64,000 nucleotides of DNA, taken from NCBI GenBank assembly GCA_050010335.1, contig JBEKLF010000008.1, forward strand, positions 18,905 through 82,904, read 5' to 3'. Position 1 is the first letter of the stretch, and each line of letters opens with the position of its first letter. The DNA comes from Terriglobia bacterium (lineage in GTDB: Bacteria > Acidobacteriota > Terriglobia > UBA7540). Both the position numbers and the translations under genes were made by a program. The notes beneath the pieces are model-generated. The model did not search any database and was not told the DNA's origin. It saw only the letters and a list, made by a program, of their open reading frames with translations. Shown here in pieces: positions 35,651 to 44,145 of this stretch.

Positions 35651-35679
35651 TTGGAAAGGAGGCGCGGACCAAGTAAATT
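35651..35679 (+). promoter_or_regulatory. Possible promoter TTGGAA-17-TAAATT
   Basis: By-eye match only. About 150 nt upstream of the terminator-like hairpin. Confidence 0.3.
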
Positions 35680-35825
35680 CGGTTTAACAGTGCCTTACCT
35701 TTAAGGGGGTGGGTGAGGCAAAAGGAACTGGATCACCGGCGAGGTTAGCACGGCTTCCGGTTACCTGGAAAGGGCCCTCTCCAATCTGTTTTGGGGTTGG
35801 GCCATTGGGTAGTGGCAGTGAAAGG

Positions 35826-35885
35826 GCATGCCGGGGTGAACCATCTGGGGACCGCCATCCCCGCCACCCCGGCGTGCATATTTTT
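35826..35885 (+). terminator. Intrinsic-terminator-like hairpin with no upstream CDS (sRNA end or leader attenuator)
   Basis: 13-bp stem GCATGCCGGGGTG/CACCCCGGCGTGC (one G-U) enclosing a 5-bp inner hairpin, followed by ATATTTTT. Confidence 0.5.
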
Positions 35886-35993
35886 CCCGCGTGCAAAAAG
35901 AACGTGAATGACGTTACCCGCGCCAAAACTTGCGAGGCGGCCGGAAACAGGCTATGCTTCTCAAGTGGACCCGTCCTGGGAGTCAGGAAGAGC

Positions 35994-36398
35994 ATGAATC
36001 AGCAGCGCACGAGCCAGCGAATTCCGATGGAACTTCCGGTTGAAATCCGGTGGAAGAGTCGCGCCGGGAGCCCAAGGCAAGCGATCGGGAAAACCGGCAA
36101 CATCAGTGGCAGCGGACTGTTCATCGAAGTTCCGATCCGCCTGCAGCGGACAACCTCAGTTTCGATCAAGGTGATAATTCCCCGTGAGGCAACCCAAACT
36201 CCACTAGAGCTCTTGTGCAAGGGACGAGTCGTAAGATGGAACCGGCGCGGGCAGGTTCAGGGGTTGGGCGCAGTAATTGACGAATACGAATTGCGTCCCA
36301 TGCCTCGGACTGAGTCCGGGGAGCAATTGTCGCCCCGAAAGCAAATGAACCGCATCCCCAGCCGCACTAAGATTTCTTCCAAAAAACCTTCCATGTAG
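35994..36398 (+). CDS. PilZ-domain protein
   Basis: QRTSQR (RxxxR) and NISGSGLF (D/NxSxxG) motifs. Confidence 0.7.
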   Translation: MNQQRTSQRIPMELPVEIRWKSRAGSPRQAIGKTGNISGSGLFIEVPIRLQRTTSVSIKVIIPREATQTPLELLCKGRVVRWNRRGQVQGLGAVIDEYELRPMPRTESGEQLSPRKQMNRIPSRTKISSKKPSM

Positions 36399-36456
36399 AA
36401 TATGATCGCAGGTATCATTCTTTGGAGAGACGTGGCCAGAAGCTCGCCCAGAGCAG

Positions 36457-37173
36457 ATGATGCGGAATCAACGAATGGCAACACCCCGGCCTTCTAAGGG
36501 AAAAATTCGCGTTTTGGTGGCTGACCGGGAGGGTATTTTCAGACTCGGCCTCAAGAAGCTTTTCGCCGTGGAGGATGACCTGCGAGTTGTTGCCGAAGCG
36601 GACAAGGCCGCCGACGTTTTGGCTCGTGTGGAGAGCTTTCGGCCGGATTTGGCTTTCATTCAGGAAGAAATCCTCGCCGAGAGTAACGGCAGCCTCATCT
36701 CCGCAGTGACCGGAGCTGCTCCGCAATGCAGGGTCGTCGCCACGGCTTCCTCGGAATCCGATGAATCCTCGATGAACCACGTTCGAAGTGGCGCAGCCGG
36801 GGTGATACTCAAATCGGTTGACCCGCAACTCTTCGTCAAGTGCGCCCGCCGCGTTTCGGAAGGTGATACGTGGGTACCCAAGAGGCAGGTATCCAAGATG
36901 GCGAAACTTCTTGAGGCGCGCCCCTCCACCCCACCCCGCCCTGTCGATACTCTCACCTACCGTGAGAAGACCATCATCAGCTACCTGATGCAGGGCTGGC
37001 GCAACCGGGAAATCAGCACTCACCTTTCAATCTCCGAGCAAACCGTCAAGAATCATCTTCGCACCATTTACGATAAGGTCGGGGTTTCCGACCGGTTGGA
37101 ACTTGTCCTCTATGCCATCCATCAACGGATGGACTTACCCCCCGTGCAAGAAGCCACTGCCCCATCACGTTGA
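36457..37173 (+). CDS. LuxR/NarL-family response regulator with atypical receiver
   Basis: C-terminal LuxR HTH (LTYREKTIISYL..ISEQTVKNHLRTIYDKVGV). The receiver has Gln (CAG 36661) where the phospho-acceptor Asp is expected. Confidence 0.75.
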   Translation: MMRNQRMATPRPSKGKIRVLVADREGIFRLGLKKLFAVEDDLRVVAEADKAADVLARVESFRPDLAFIQEEILAESNGSLISAVTGAAPQCRVVATASSESDESSMNHVRSGAAGVILKSVDPQLFVKCARRVSEGDTWVPKRQVSKMAKLLEARPSTPPRPVDTLTYREKTIISYLMQGWRNREISTHLSISEQTVKNHLRTIYDKVGVSDRLELVLYAIHQRMDLPPVQEATAPSR

Positions 37174-37258
37174 ATCGCTGCCAGGAATGTACCCGAGCGC
37201 CTTCTCCCGAGTCGCTGGAGAGCGACCTCAGCATATTTGCCGCTTCAGGCGCAGGCCA

Positions 37259-37795
37259 TCATTTCTTTTCGTGGGGACCCGCTGACGCAAATAGACCAAA
37301 CTGTTGATCGCCCGCATTGGCCGCACGGGCTTGGGCGGCGCGCTGTGACATGCGCCTGACCACTCCATCGGTTATCACGCCTAAGACTTCCATTTCCGTT
37401 AGCGCAGTTCGAGGAATGAAGATCCGAAGGTTATTCGAGTAAACGTCCGGCGGAGTCACCAGGAATCCCAGCGGATCAACCTCCAGGAGATTGTTGGGAA
37501 GAATCGCCTCTAAGACTTCTGTGTCCTTGAAGGTCATCCGCACCCAAAGACCAGCCAGCCTGGGTCGACTGCGGAAGATTTTCCGCTCCGCCCGGTCGGG
37601 GTTGCCCTCGAAGTCCCGGACAAAGAACACCGCCTTGATGTCGGGCATCGGGATGTGGACCAGCCTCCCTTCGCGGTCCAGCAAGCCAACTTCGCTCGCG
37701 AGATAGCCCTTGGGGTCGATAAAGCCCTTAATGAGCCCCTTATCGAGCTTACGAACTACCACGCGTTTCCGGGTTGAGGATGGACCGTCTTTCAT
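37259..37795 (-). CDS. Conserved-looking hypothetical protein
   Basis: 178-aa ORF from ATG 37795. No motif recognised with confidence. Confidence 0.5.
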   Translation of the reverse strand: MKDGPSSTRKRVVVRKLDKGLIKGFIDPKGYLASEVGLLDREGRLVHIPMPDIKAVFFVRDFEGNPDRAERKIFRSRPRLAGLWVRMTFKDTEVLEAILPNNLLEVDPLGFLVTPPDVYSNNLRIFIPRTALTEMEVLGVITDGVVRRMSQRAAQARAANAGDQQFGLFASAGPHEKK

Positions 37796-38159
37796 GATTA
37801 TTTCTTCATCGCAACGTAATATTGTCAAATGCTACTTGGCCACGGAAAATAGCTTGTGCTAGTATAGGGCGCGGGTCGGGCCTGTCAAGTACTTCAACGA
37901 CGAGTTGGGGCGCCCCATTTGAGAAATGCTCCTAAATTGCTGATAAGACAATCCTTATGTATCATGGGGGATAAAACTCTTAACGCCCTCCTCCGACCGG
38001 GGAGGATTGCCCCTTGTTGTCCGACTCCTCTTACGTGGCACTGAATTGACGATTCGTTCCAGTCGGGCCAGCATGTTAAGTCGCTACCAGCTCCACCGGG
38101 CGCTTGCTCGGACGACTTCCGATGACGTGCACTTGACCGCTGCGGGAACCTCACCGGAA

Positions 38160-39080
38160 ATGACTTTGCCCGAACCCGTTTCGTCACCCCCCTCCATTAC
38201 CAAAGAAGTTGCTTTGTTTCTTAACTTTGCGCGCGTTGAAAACGGCCTTGCGGCCAATAGCATCGTGAGTTATCGCCGAGACCTCACAGAATTCTCGGCT
38301 TTCCTTCTTCGCTTGGGGAAATCCCCCTCGGCGCTTGATCGCGACGACATTCGCGCTTTTCTTAAAGAGCTCTATGATCGGGGCCTGGGAGCTCGTTCGG
38401 TAGCCCGGCATCTGGTCTCCCTGCGTAACCTGTTTCGGTTTCTGGTGCGGGAGGGTCGCCAGACGGCTGATCCCACTGCGGATATCGAGGCCCCCAAGCT
38501 TGATCAGTCGCTGCCCAGATACCTTACGGCAGAAGAGGTTGAGCGACTGCTGACGCTGCCGGATGTCTCCATCCCCCTGGGTCTTCGCGATAAGGCTATG
38601 TTGGAACTGCTTTACGCGACAGGAATGCGGGTTTCGGAACTTATCCACGTGGGAGCAGCGGATTTCGATATGGGGCTTGGCATCATTCGCTGCCTGGGAA
38701 AAGGCAACAAGGAACGTCTGATTCCGGTGGGCAAATCGGCGCTGCGCGCCGTGGAGGCATACATCCTCACCGGACGAGCCGCCCTTGCGGGAAAGCGCCA
38801 TTCGCCATGGCTTTTCTTGAACCGCCGGGGTGGAGCCCTTTCGCGCGTGGGGTTTTGGAAAATCCTGGCGGCTTATGGGCGCCGTGCCGGACTGCCCACC
38901 GGGATCACTCCGCACTTGGTGCGGCATTCGTTTGCCACGCATTTGCTCGAGCGAGGCGCCGATTTGCGATCCATTCAACTGATGTTGGGCCACAGTGACA
39001 TCTCGACGACACAGATTTACACGCACGTGCTCAAAGAACGATTGAAGCAGGTCTATCAATCTCATCACCCTCGAGCCTGA
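38160..39080 (+). CDS. xerD: Tyrosine recombinase XerD
   Basis: SYRRDL, ARHLVSLRNLFRFL, LLYATGMRVSEL, HLVRHSFATHLL and LGHSDISTTQIYTHV (R-H-R-Y). Confidence 0.85.
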   Translation: MTLPEPVSSPPSITKEVALFLNFARVENGLAANSIVSYRRDLTEFSAFLLRLGKSPSALDRDDIRAFLKELYDRGLGARSVARHLVSLRNLFRFLVREGRQTADPTADIEAPKLDQSLPRYLTAEEVERLLTLPDVSIPLGLRDKAMLELLYATGMRVSELIHVGAADFDMGLGIIRCLGKGNKERLIPVGKSALRAVEAYILTGRAALAGKRHSPWLFLNRRGGALSRVGFWKILAAYGRRAGLPTGITPHLVRHSFATHLLERGADLRSIQLMLGHSDISTTQIYTHVLKERLKQVYQSHHPRA

Positions 39081-39116
39081 ATCTGAGGCCCGGGAGAACG
39101 CTGGAAGCCGAACGCC

Positions 39117-40751
39117 ATGAGCGATTACAACTTCCTGATGGAAAGCCGGCTCTCCCCGGAACAGTTTGCGGTGCTCACTCTGATCAGCCGCCTGGCGGCC
39201 GAGCAGGGGCTGAACCTTTATCTGGGGGGTGGCGCCGTCCGCGACCTCACCTATGGCCAGCAGGTCGTGCGCGACCTCGATTTTATCGTGGAGGGTCCAC
39301 CGCAACGGATCCTGCGCGCCATACCACGCGCCGATTCCACAAAACCGGCTCGGGGCGCGCGGGGGCCTGCAAGTGAGGCGCCCCTCGTCCTGGAATACCA
39401 CGATTTTGACGAACGCCCGAACTCCGCCGAACTGCTCTTTTCGAGTGGTGTACGTGCAGAGTTGGCCATGTGCCGGGAGGAATTCTACCCGCGTCCCGGG
39501 CAGCGGCCGGAGGTTCGCCCCGCCACGGTCTTTGAGGACCTGAAACGCCGCGATTTCGCGATCAACGCTATGGCCGTCTCCCTTCACCCCAACTCCCGCG
39601 GTCTGCTGCTCGACCCTACCAACGGAGCCGGCGACATCGAGCGGCACGAAATTCGCGCCCTTCAATCCCGCGGCTTTCTTGACGACCCCTCCCGCATCTA
39701 TCGTCTGCTGCGGTTGGGAATGCGGCTTGAATTCAAGCCGGATGAACGTACGCAGCGCTGGTTCGACGCGGCTGTGGCCGAGGGCGCTTGGGAACGCCTG
39801 GATGCTGCCCAGCAGGCGCGAGAGTTGGCCGCTATTTTGCGTGAGGATCAGCCCGGTCGCGTTTTCAAATTGCTTGCTGACCAGGATCTCCTCGGCGGGC
39901 TGGATGAGAAACTCGCTTCTGTGCATCTATCCTACGATCGCTTTGCGCGCATTCGGAACGTGTTGCAAAACGCCCCTGGCGCTGATCCCTTCCTGCTGAA
40001 CTTCCACATCCTGGTTGAGAAACTTGGACCAGAGCACAAAGCCCGTCTGGCCAAGCAGATCGTTCGAGAAAGCAAGGCTATCAAGCTGGCGCTCGGCTTT
40101 GAGCAAGATGCCAAGAAACTTGATCGGGTGCTGGGGACCGCCCGCGCCACTTTGCCCAGCCAGGTTTACTCTCTCCTTTCGCCGCACCCCCAACCCCTAT
40201 TGTTGTACCTGCTCGCCAACACCAAGAGCGCCAAAGTTCAGAACCGTATTAAGAGTTACCTGTTCAAGTTCCCGCAAATTCAGGCCCGCCTGCCTCGCGC
40301 GGAATTGCAATCCATGGGGGTCACGCCCGGGCCGGAATTCGACCGGATCCTCTCCAAGGTCTTCGCCCTGCAACTGGACGGGAAAATCAAGTCCCACTCG
40401 CAGCTTATGAAGGAGATGCATGAGCTGGCCGGCATCGAGGAACCTCCACCGCCGCCGCCACCTCCAATCCACCCGCCGAAAAAGGGGAAGGAACCACCAC
40501 CCGGATCCGCATCAGCCCACAAAAGGGGCAGGGAATCGGCTGCCGCTTCGCCGAGTTCCCATCCCCACAAGGGCAAGGAAGCCACCGCAGCTCCGGTCCC
40601 CAGCGCACCGACCGCATTAGGGAAATCCGCCGCGAAGGGTGGCGCCAAAGCCAGCGCTGCGAAAGCCTCCGCAACGCCGTCTGCCACCACGCATTCCCCC
40701 CCGCGGACAACGTCCACCACCAAGCCCGGAAAGAAACCTAGGAGGCGGTGA
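39117..40751 (+). CDS. CCA-adding enzyme / poly(A) polymerase family nucleotidyltransferase with Lys/Pro/Ala-rich basic tail
   Basis: LYLGGGAVRDL, RDLDFIV and RRDFAINAM head motifs. The last ~110 aa are low complexity (PPPPPPPPIHPPKKGKE..KPGKKPRRR). Confidence 0.7.
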   Translation: MSDYNFLMESRLSPEQFAVLTLISRLAAEQGLNLYLGGGAVRDLTYGQQVVRDLDFIVEGPPQRILRAIPRADSTKPARGARGPASEAPLVLEYHDFDERPNSAELLFSSGVRAELAMCREEFYPRPGQRPEVRPATVFEDLKRRDFAINAMAVSLHPNSRGLLLDPTNGAGDIERHEIRALQSRGFLDDPSRIYRLLRLGMRLEFKPDERTQRWFDAAVAEGAWERLDAAQQARELAAILREDQPGRVFKLLADQDLLGGLDEKLASVHLSYDRFARIRNVLQNAPGADPFLLNFHILVEKLGPEHKARLAKQIVRESKAIKLALGFEQDAKKLDRVLGTARATLPSQVYSLLSPHPQPLLLYLLANTKSAKVQNRIKSYLFKFPQIQARLPRAELQSMGVTPGPEFDRILSKVFALQLDGKIKSHSQLMKEMHELAGIEEPPPPPPPPIHPPKKGKEPPPGSASAHKRGRESAAASPSSHPHKGKEATAAPVPSAPTALGKSAAKGGAKASAAKASATPSATTHSPPRTTSTTKPGKKPRRR

Positions 40752-40921
40752 AGGGAATCGGGGGATCGGGCCATCCGGAGTCAAATGGTCTGAACCTGGG
40801 GGCGGGGCGGATAATCCCAGCTACGGTCGCAAGATCATGGGTCGCCCTTTGAGGGCTCAGGCGATAAGGTGGTGTGGGCCATTTACCCAGGCCGTGGAAG
40901 CTGTGAAAAAATCCCCAGATG

Positions 40922-41012
40922 AGGAAAAAACACCTCACGCAAAGGCGCGAAGGCGCAGAGAAAATAGGGCAGTTGTTCTGTGAGCGCCTTTGCGTGAAAC
41001 TGTGTGTTTTTT
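40922..41012. terminator. Long hairpin flanked by A-run and T-run (bidirectional terminator-like)
   Basis: TCACGCAAAGGCGC 40934-40947 pairs perfectly with GCGCCTTTGCGTGA 40983-40996. Outer AAAAAACAC / GTGTTTTTT pairing. Confidence 0.55.
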
Positions 41013-41020
41013 TCACACCT

Positions 41021-41059
41021 TCGTTGGCCTGGGCTGGGGTGGCTCGCCCCTTAGGGGCT
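41021..41059. repeat. Third copy of the GGCCTGGGCT..TCGCCCC-N3-GGGGCT arm
   Basis: cgttggcctgggctggggtggctcgccccttaggggctc aligns with arm 25468-25506. Confidence 0.6.
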
Positions 41060-41092
41060 CAAGTTGTAGCCCGCCGCGACGGCGCTCGCCCC

Positions 41093-42295
41093 CTACACGC
41101 GGTCAAGGTTGGCGTAAATCTCGTTGATGTTCGTGTTCACGCCCGGCTGGAGAGGGCCCAACTTCCCGAAGCTGGGAGTGAACCGGAAGTTGTTATGCTG
41201 GATATACTCTCCGTAACCGTTTGACTGGAGCGATTTCAGGGAAGCGACGGTGATGCGCTTTTGCAAGTCGGCCACGGTGAGGCCCGACTTCTTGCCCTCT
41301 TCGACTTTCGCGGTCAGTTCCTCAATGTAGTTCGCCATATTGGTCATGATAGTGTGCCCGTCCTGAAGCGAGGCGTGTCCGGGCAGGATTTTCGTGAAAT
41401 CAAGCTGGCCGACCGACTTGATGGTTCCTGGCCAAACCCGCGGGAAGCCGTCGAGAATGAAGGGCAGAAAGCCGTGGATCATGTCGCCGGTGGCCACCAC
41501 ACGCTTCTGCGGACAAAACACCACAACGTCTCCCGCCGTATGGGCGTGGCCGTGAAATTCGAGATGCAGGTCGTGCGCCGGATCCTGAAGCACATACGAC
41601 TTTTCGAAAGTGATGGTGGGCAATTCGAGAGTGTAGTTCTGGAGTTCCGCCCGATAGGCTTCGATCTGCCGGATCTGCTCGGCGCAGAAAGTTTTCTCTT
41701 CCGCTGAGGCAGCTTTGGCGGCGCGGGCGCGAAGATCGTCCACCTGTTTGGGCGCCTGATCGAGAGAAGCCTTCAGCCGTGCTGCCGCCAGGTCGGTCAT
41801 AAGTTGTTTAGTGGCGGAGCTGGCGATGAAGTCAATCTTCTGTTCCGCCACTCGATAGGCGTGGTTGCCCTGGGTATGATCCCAGTGGAAGTGTGTGTTG
41901 ATGACGTAGCGCACCGGCTTGTCGGTGATCTCCCGCTTGATCTGGCCCAGCAACGAGGTGGCGGCCGAGGGTTTGGAGTGGGCGTCGACCACCACCACCT
42001 CTTTCGCCCCCACAAAGATGGCCGCGTTGCAGTTGATCATTGCTTGCGGCCGTGCCTGCGCGAAGTAAATGCCTTCGGCGGCCTTCTCCAGATCGAAGAG
42101 CTTCGAACCCGTGTCAACCGCAGCTCGCGCCCAGGCGGCGCGATGATAGGCAAGCTCCAGGATCGACGCCCCGGCCAGAGGGCCCCCCATCACGACGCGA
42201 AGAAAATCGCGGCGAGAGGGTCGCCCTTCGTGCGAGTGCGGGTGACGATCCGATGGACTGGAAAATTGATGATGGATATCTGCGTGGTTATGCAT
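41093..42295 (-). CDS. Tat-exported MBL-fold metallo-hydrolase
   Basis: SRRDFLRVVMGG twin-arginine signal and NTHFHWDHTQGN motif. Confidence 0.75.
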   Translation of the reverse strand: MHNHADIHHQFSSPSDRHPHSHEGRPSRRDFLRVVMGGPLAGASILELAYHRAAWARAAVDTGSKLFDLEKAAEGIYFAQARPQAMINCNAAIFVGAKEVVVVDAHSKPSAATSLLGQIKREITDKPVRYVINTHFHWDHTQGNHAYRVAEQKIDFIASSATKQLMTDLAAARLKASLDQAPKQVDDLRARAAKAASAEEKTFCAEQIRQIEAYRAELQNYTLELPTITFEKSYVLQDPAHDLHLEFHGHAHTAGDVVVFCPQKRVVATGDMIHGFLPFILDGFPRVWPGTIKSVGQLDFTKILPGHASLQDGHTIMTNMANYIEELTAKVEEGKKSGLTVADLQKRITVASLKSLQSNGYGEYIQHNNFRFTPSFGKLGPLQPGVNTNINEIYANLDRV

Positions 42296-42557
42296 GTGGG
42301 TGTCCTTCGAGGGGTATCAGCAGGGCGGTACCTACTCGCCAAGCTCTGGCCCCTCAGGGAATCGGGTAGCGACCAGCAAGAACAAGCCAAGTTGCAACAG
42401 CCGCCCAAACTCTATAGCGGAGAGCGCGCGTGCGCAAGGCAATTTATACCGCCTGAACTAACGGATTTGAAATTCTCAGCCCATGCCAAAGGAGGTAGGA
42501 GAAAATCCCCGATCAGAAAAAGGCCTCCCCATCCTGCGAGGACCGACGAAATGGCAA

Positions 42558-42773
42558 CTACAGGTCCTGCGGTTTAAGGCCGGTGTGCTTGGCGATGCGG
42601 GCAAGCATCCTGGGCCCGATTTCCTCCGAGTCATGGAACGCCCAGGTGAATTCACCCCTGGTCGGGTGGTGAAGTTGAATGTGCGAGGACCCCTTTTGGG
42701 CCTTGACGGACCAGTCCTTTCGGAGAAGGGCACTGAGGACTTTGCGAGCTTTTGTACTCGGCCAGTGGCTCAA
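42558..42773 (-). CDS. hicA: HicA toxin (type II TA)
   Basis: 71 aa. KARKVLSALLRKDW..GSSHIQLHHP. Confidence 0.85.
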   Translation of the reverse strand: MSHWPSTKARKVLSALLRKDWSVKAQKGSSHIQLHHPTRGEFTWAFHDSEEIGPRMLARIAKHTGLKPQDL

Positions 42774-43021
42774 GGGTAGCAGGCTATGGAGATATCAAGG
42801 GGTCTGTCTTTCTTCTCTTTTTCGATTTCGTCGGCGAGCACACGCAGGGCAAGGGCCTTAACCTTGGCCACCGCTTCCTGTCTGCTTTTGCCATAAGCGA
42901 GGACTCCGGGAAGCGATGTGATTTCGGCAATCCAACGCCCATCCTCTTCGCGGTCCAGTTCGATGTGAAACTTCACTCGGCTCTCTCCCCTCAGGTTTGC
43001 GCTAGTGCAATCGTAGAGCAC
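42770..43021 (-). CDS. hicB: HicB-family antitoxin
   Basis: FHIELDREEDGRWIAEITSLPGVLAYGKSRQEAVAKVKALA. The true start may be GTG near 42976. 4-nt overlap with hicA. Confidence 0.75.
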   Translation of the reverse strand: MLYDCTSANLRGESRVKFHIELDREEDGRWIAEITSLPGVLAYGKSRQEAVAKVKALALRVLADEIEKEKKDRPLDISIACYP

Positions 43022-43034
43022 GGTGGGCGGGAGG

Positions 43035-43115
43035 TCAATGTCGAAATTTCAGCGCGCCTCCGCGGCTGGGATCAAATGCCAGCCAGACGACGACGTGGGT
43101 GTCGACGAGAATCAC
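43035..43115 (-). pseudogene. Truncated PIN-domain vapC (26 codons)
   Basis: The GTG overlaps the phd stop (GTGA). VILVDTHVVVWLAFDP.. then a stop. A normal VapC is about 130 aa. Confidence 0.5.
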
Positions 43116-43339
43116 TTGAGGTTCCCCCAGTCTTCGATCGCGGGTGAAATAATGTCGCCTACTACTGCACCCTTGCCACGGAGGAAGTTGTAAATCTCAT
43201 CTGTATCGTTGTCAGCGGGGACCAGCTTTGCCACGGGCCTGCCGTGTTTGGTGATCACGACGGTCTCTCTCTTGGCCTGAACCTCGTCCATGACCGCAAG
43301 GCATTGTGCTTTGAAAGAGCCTGCTGCCATTGTCCTCAT
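43112..43339 (-). CDS. Phd/YefM-type antitoxin
   Basis: SFKAQCLAVMDEVQAKRETVVITKHGRPVAKLVP. SD AAGGGGG before ATG 43339. Confidence 0.75.
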   Translation of the reverse strand: MRTMAAGSFKAQCLAVMDEVQAKRETVVITKHGRPVAKLVPADNDTDEIYNFLRGKGAVVGDIISPAIEDWGNLK

Positions 43340-43404
43340 TTCAGCCCCCTTACCATAGTCATTACACCATGGTTGCACCGGAATCCGCAGGTCGCGCCAA
43401 CGTC

Positions 43405-43462
43405 GCTTCCGAGAAGGGCGCTGAGGACTTTGCGTCGTTCACCACTCGATCCGTGACTTGAT
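43405..43462 (-). pseudogene. hicA 5' fragment
   Basis: 43411-43434 matches 42723-42746 at 23 of 24 nt. Weaker similarity extends to the start-codon position (ATG to ATC). Confidence 0.4.
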
Positions 43463-43501
43463 GGAAGCAGGCGAAGGGAAGTTCTTATCTTTCCGGGCTC
43501 C

Positions 43502-43795
43502 CTACCAAACAGCCTTCCAGACTGCCTTGGCTCCTCGTGCCGCGAGCCCGGGGGTTTCGACAACGCCTTTACCGGCGGAGCTTGCGCCGGTTTTAAGCGC
43601 GTTACCCGTGGCTTTTCCGGCGGCCGCAAAGCCGTAGGCTGCGGCCCCGGCCGCCTTGGGAGTGCCCTTGGGAGCTGCCACAGAGCCTTTGTCCACTTGT
43701 TTTGCCGCGGCGCGAATTACTCCGGCCTGAGCCAGCCCGGCTCCCCAAGTGAGAACCAGCACGCCCACACCCACAAGCAGTAGCTTTGACTTCAT
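43502..43795 (-). CDS. Small secreted Ala/Gly/Lys-rich protein
   Basis: ATG 43795 preceded by AGGAGGT. Signal peptide MKSKLLLVGVGVLVLTWGAGLAQA. Confidence 0.5.
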   Translation of the reverse strand: MKSKLLLVGVGVLVLTWGAGLAQAGVIRAAAKQVDKGSVAAPKGTPKAAGAAAYGFAAAGKATGNALKTGASSAGKGVVETPGLAARGAKAVWKAVW

Positions 43796-44043
43796 GGTCA
43801 ACCTCCTGCACAGAAAACCCAAACTCCGAAGCTCGAGATTCGGCACGAGTACGGAGCATCGAGTTTCGCCTATAGAACGTGTCCTTGGCTTAGACGCATC
43901 GGTGCAACGGTAGGTTGGACGCCGGCGGGCAGGCGACAGATTTTCAATCGTAGTGACGAGTGGCGCGTGATGAGCGAGATTGTTCATTTCGGCTCGGTGC
44001 AAACTGAAATCTAAAATCTGCCATGCAGATTTCCGGAGTGCCG

Positions 44044-44100
44044 CCAATCACCAATCACCAATCTAAAATCCAAAATCTAAAATCCAAAATTTCAGAATCC
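44044..44100. repeat. Periodic word tract (CAATCAC)n(CTAAAAT/CCAAAAT)n
   Basis: ccaatcaccaatcaccaatctaaaatccaaaatctaaaatccaaaatttcagaatcc. Confidence 0.8.
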
Positions 44101-44145
44101 GTTGTATGATGCGTCCGCGGAAATTGGTTCCGTTGGGGGGAATCC

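Noticed and set aside
35700-35830. c-di-GMP-I riboswitch upstream of the PilZ gene
   Set aside because: There are only loose matches to two conserved strings. The expected GNRA-capped P1 helix and tetraloop-receptor geometry could not be drawn. A covariance-model search is needed before any call.
38160-39080. XerD as the integrase of the 27-34 kb island
   Set aside because: The sequence is a standard housekeeping XerD (R-H-R-Y motifs and typical length). It is separated from the island by dut, lpxD, PilZ and LuxR genes, and no dif-like 28-mer was seen at the repeat borders.
38184-39926. 580-aa ORF on the - strand
   Set aside because: It is antisense to xerD and the nucleotidyltransferase gene and has no motifs.
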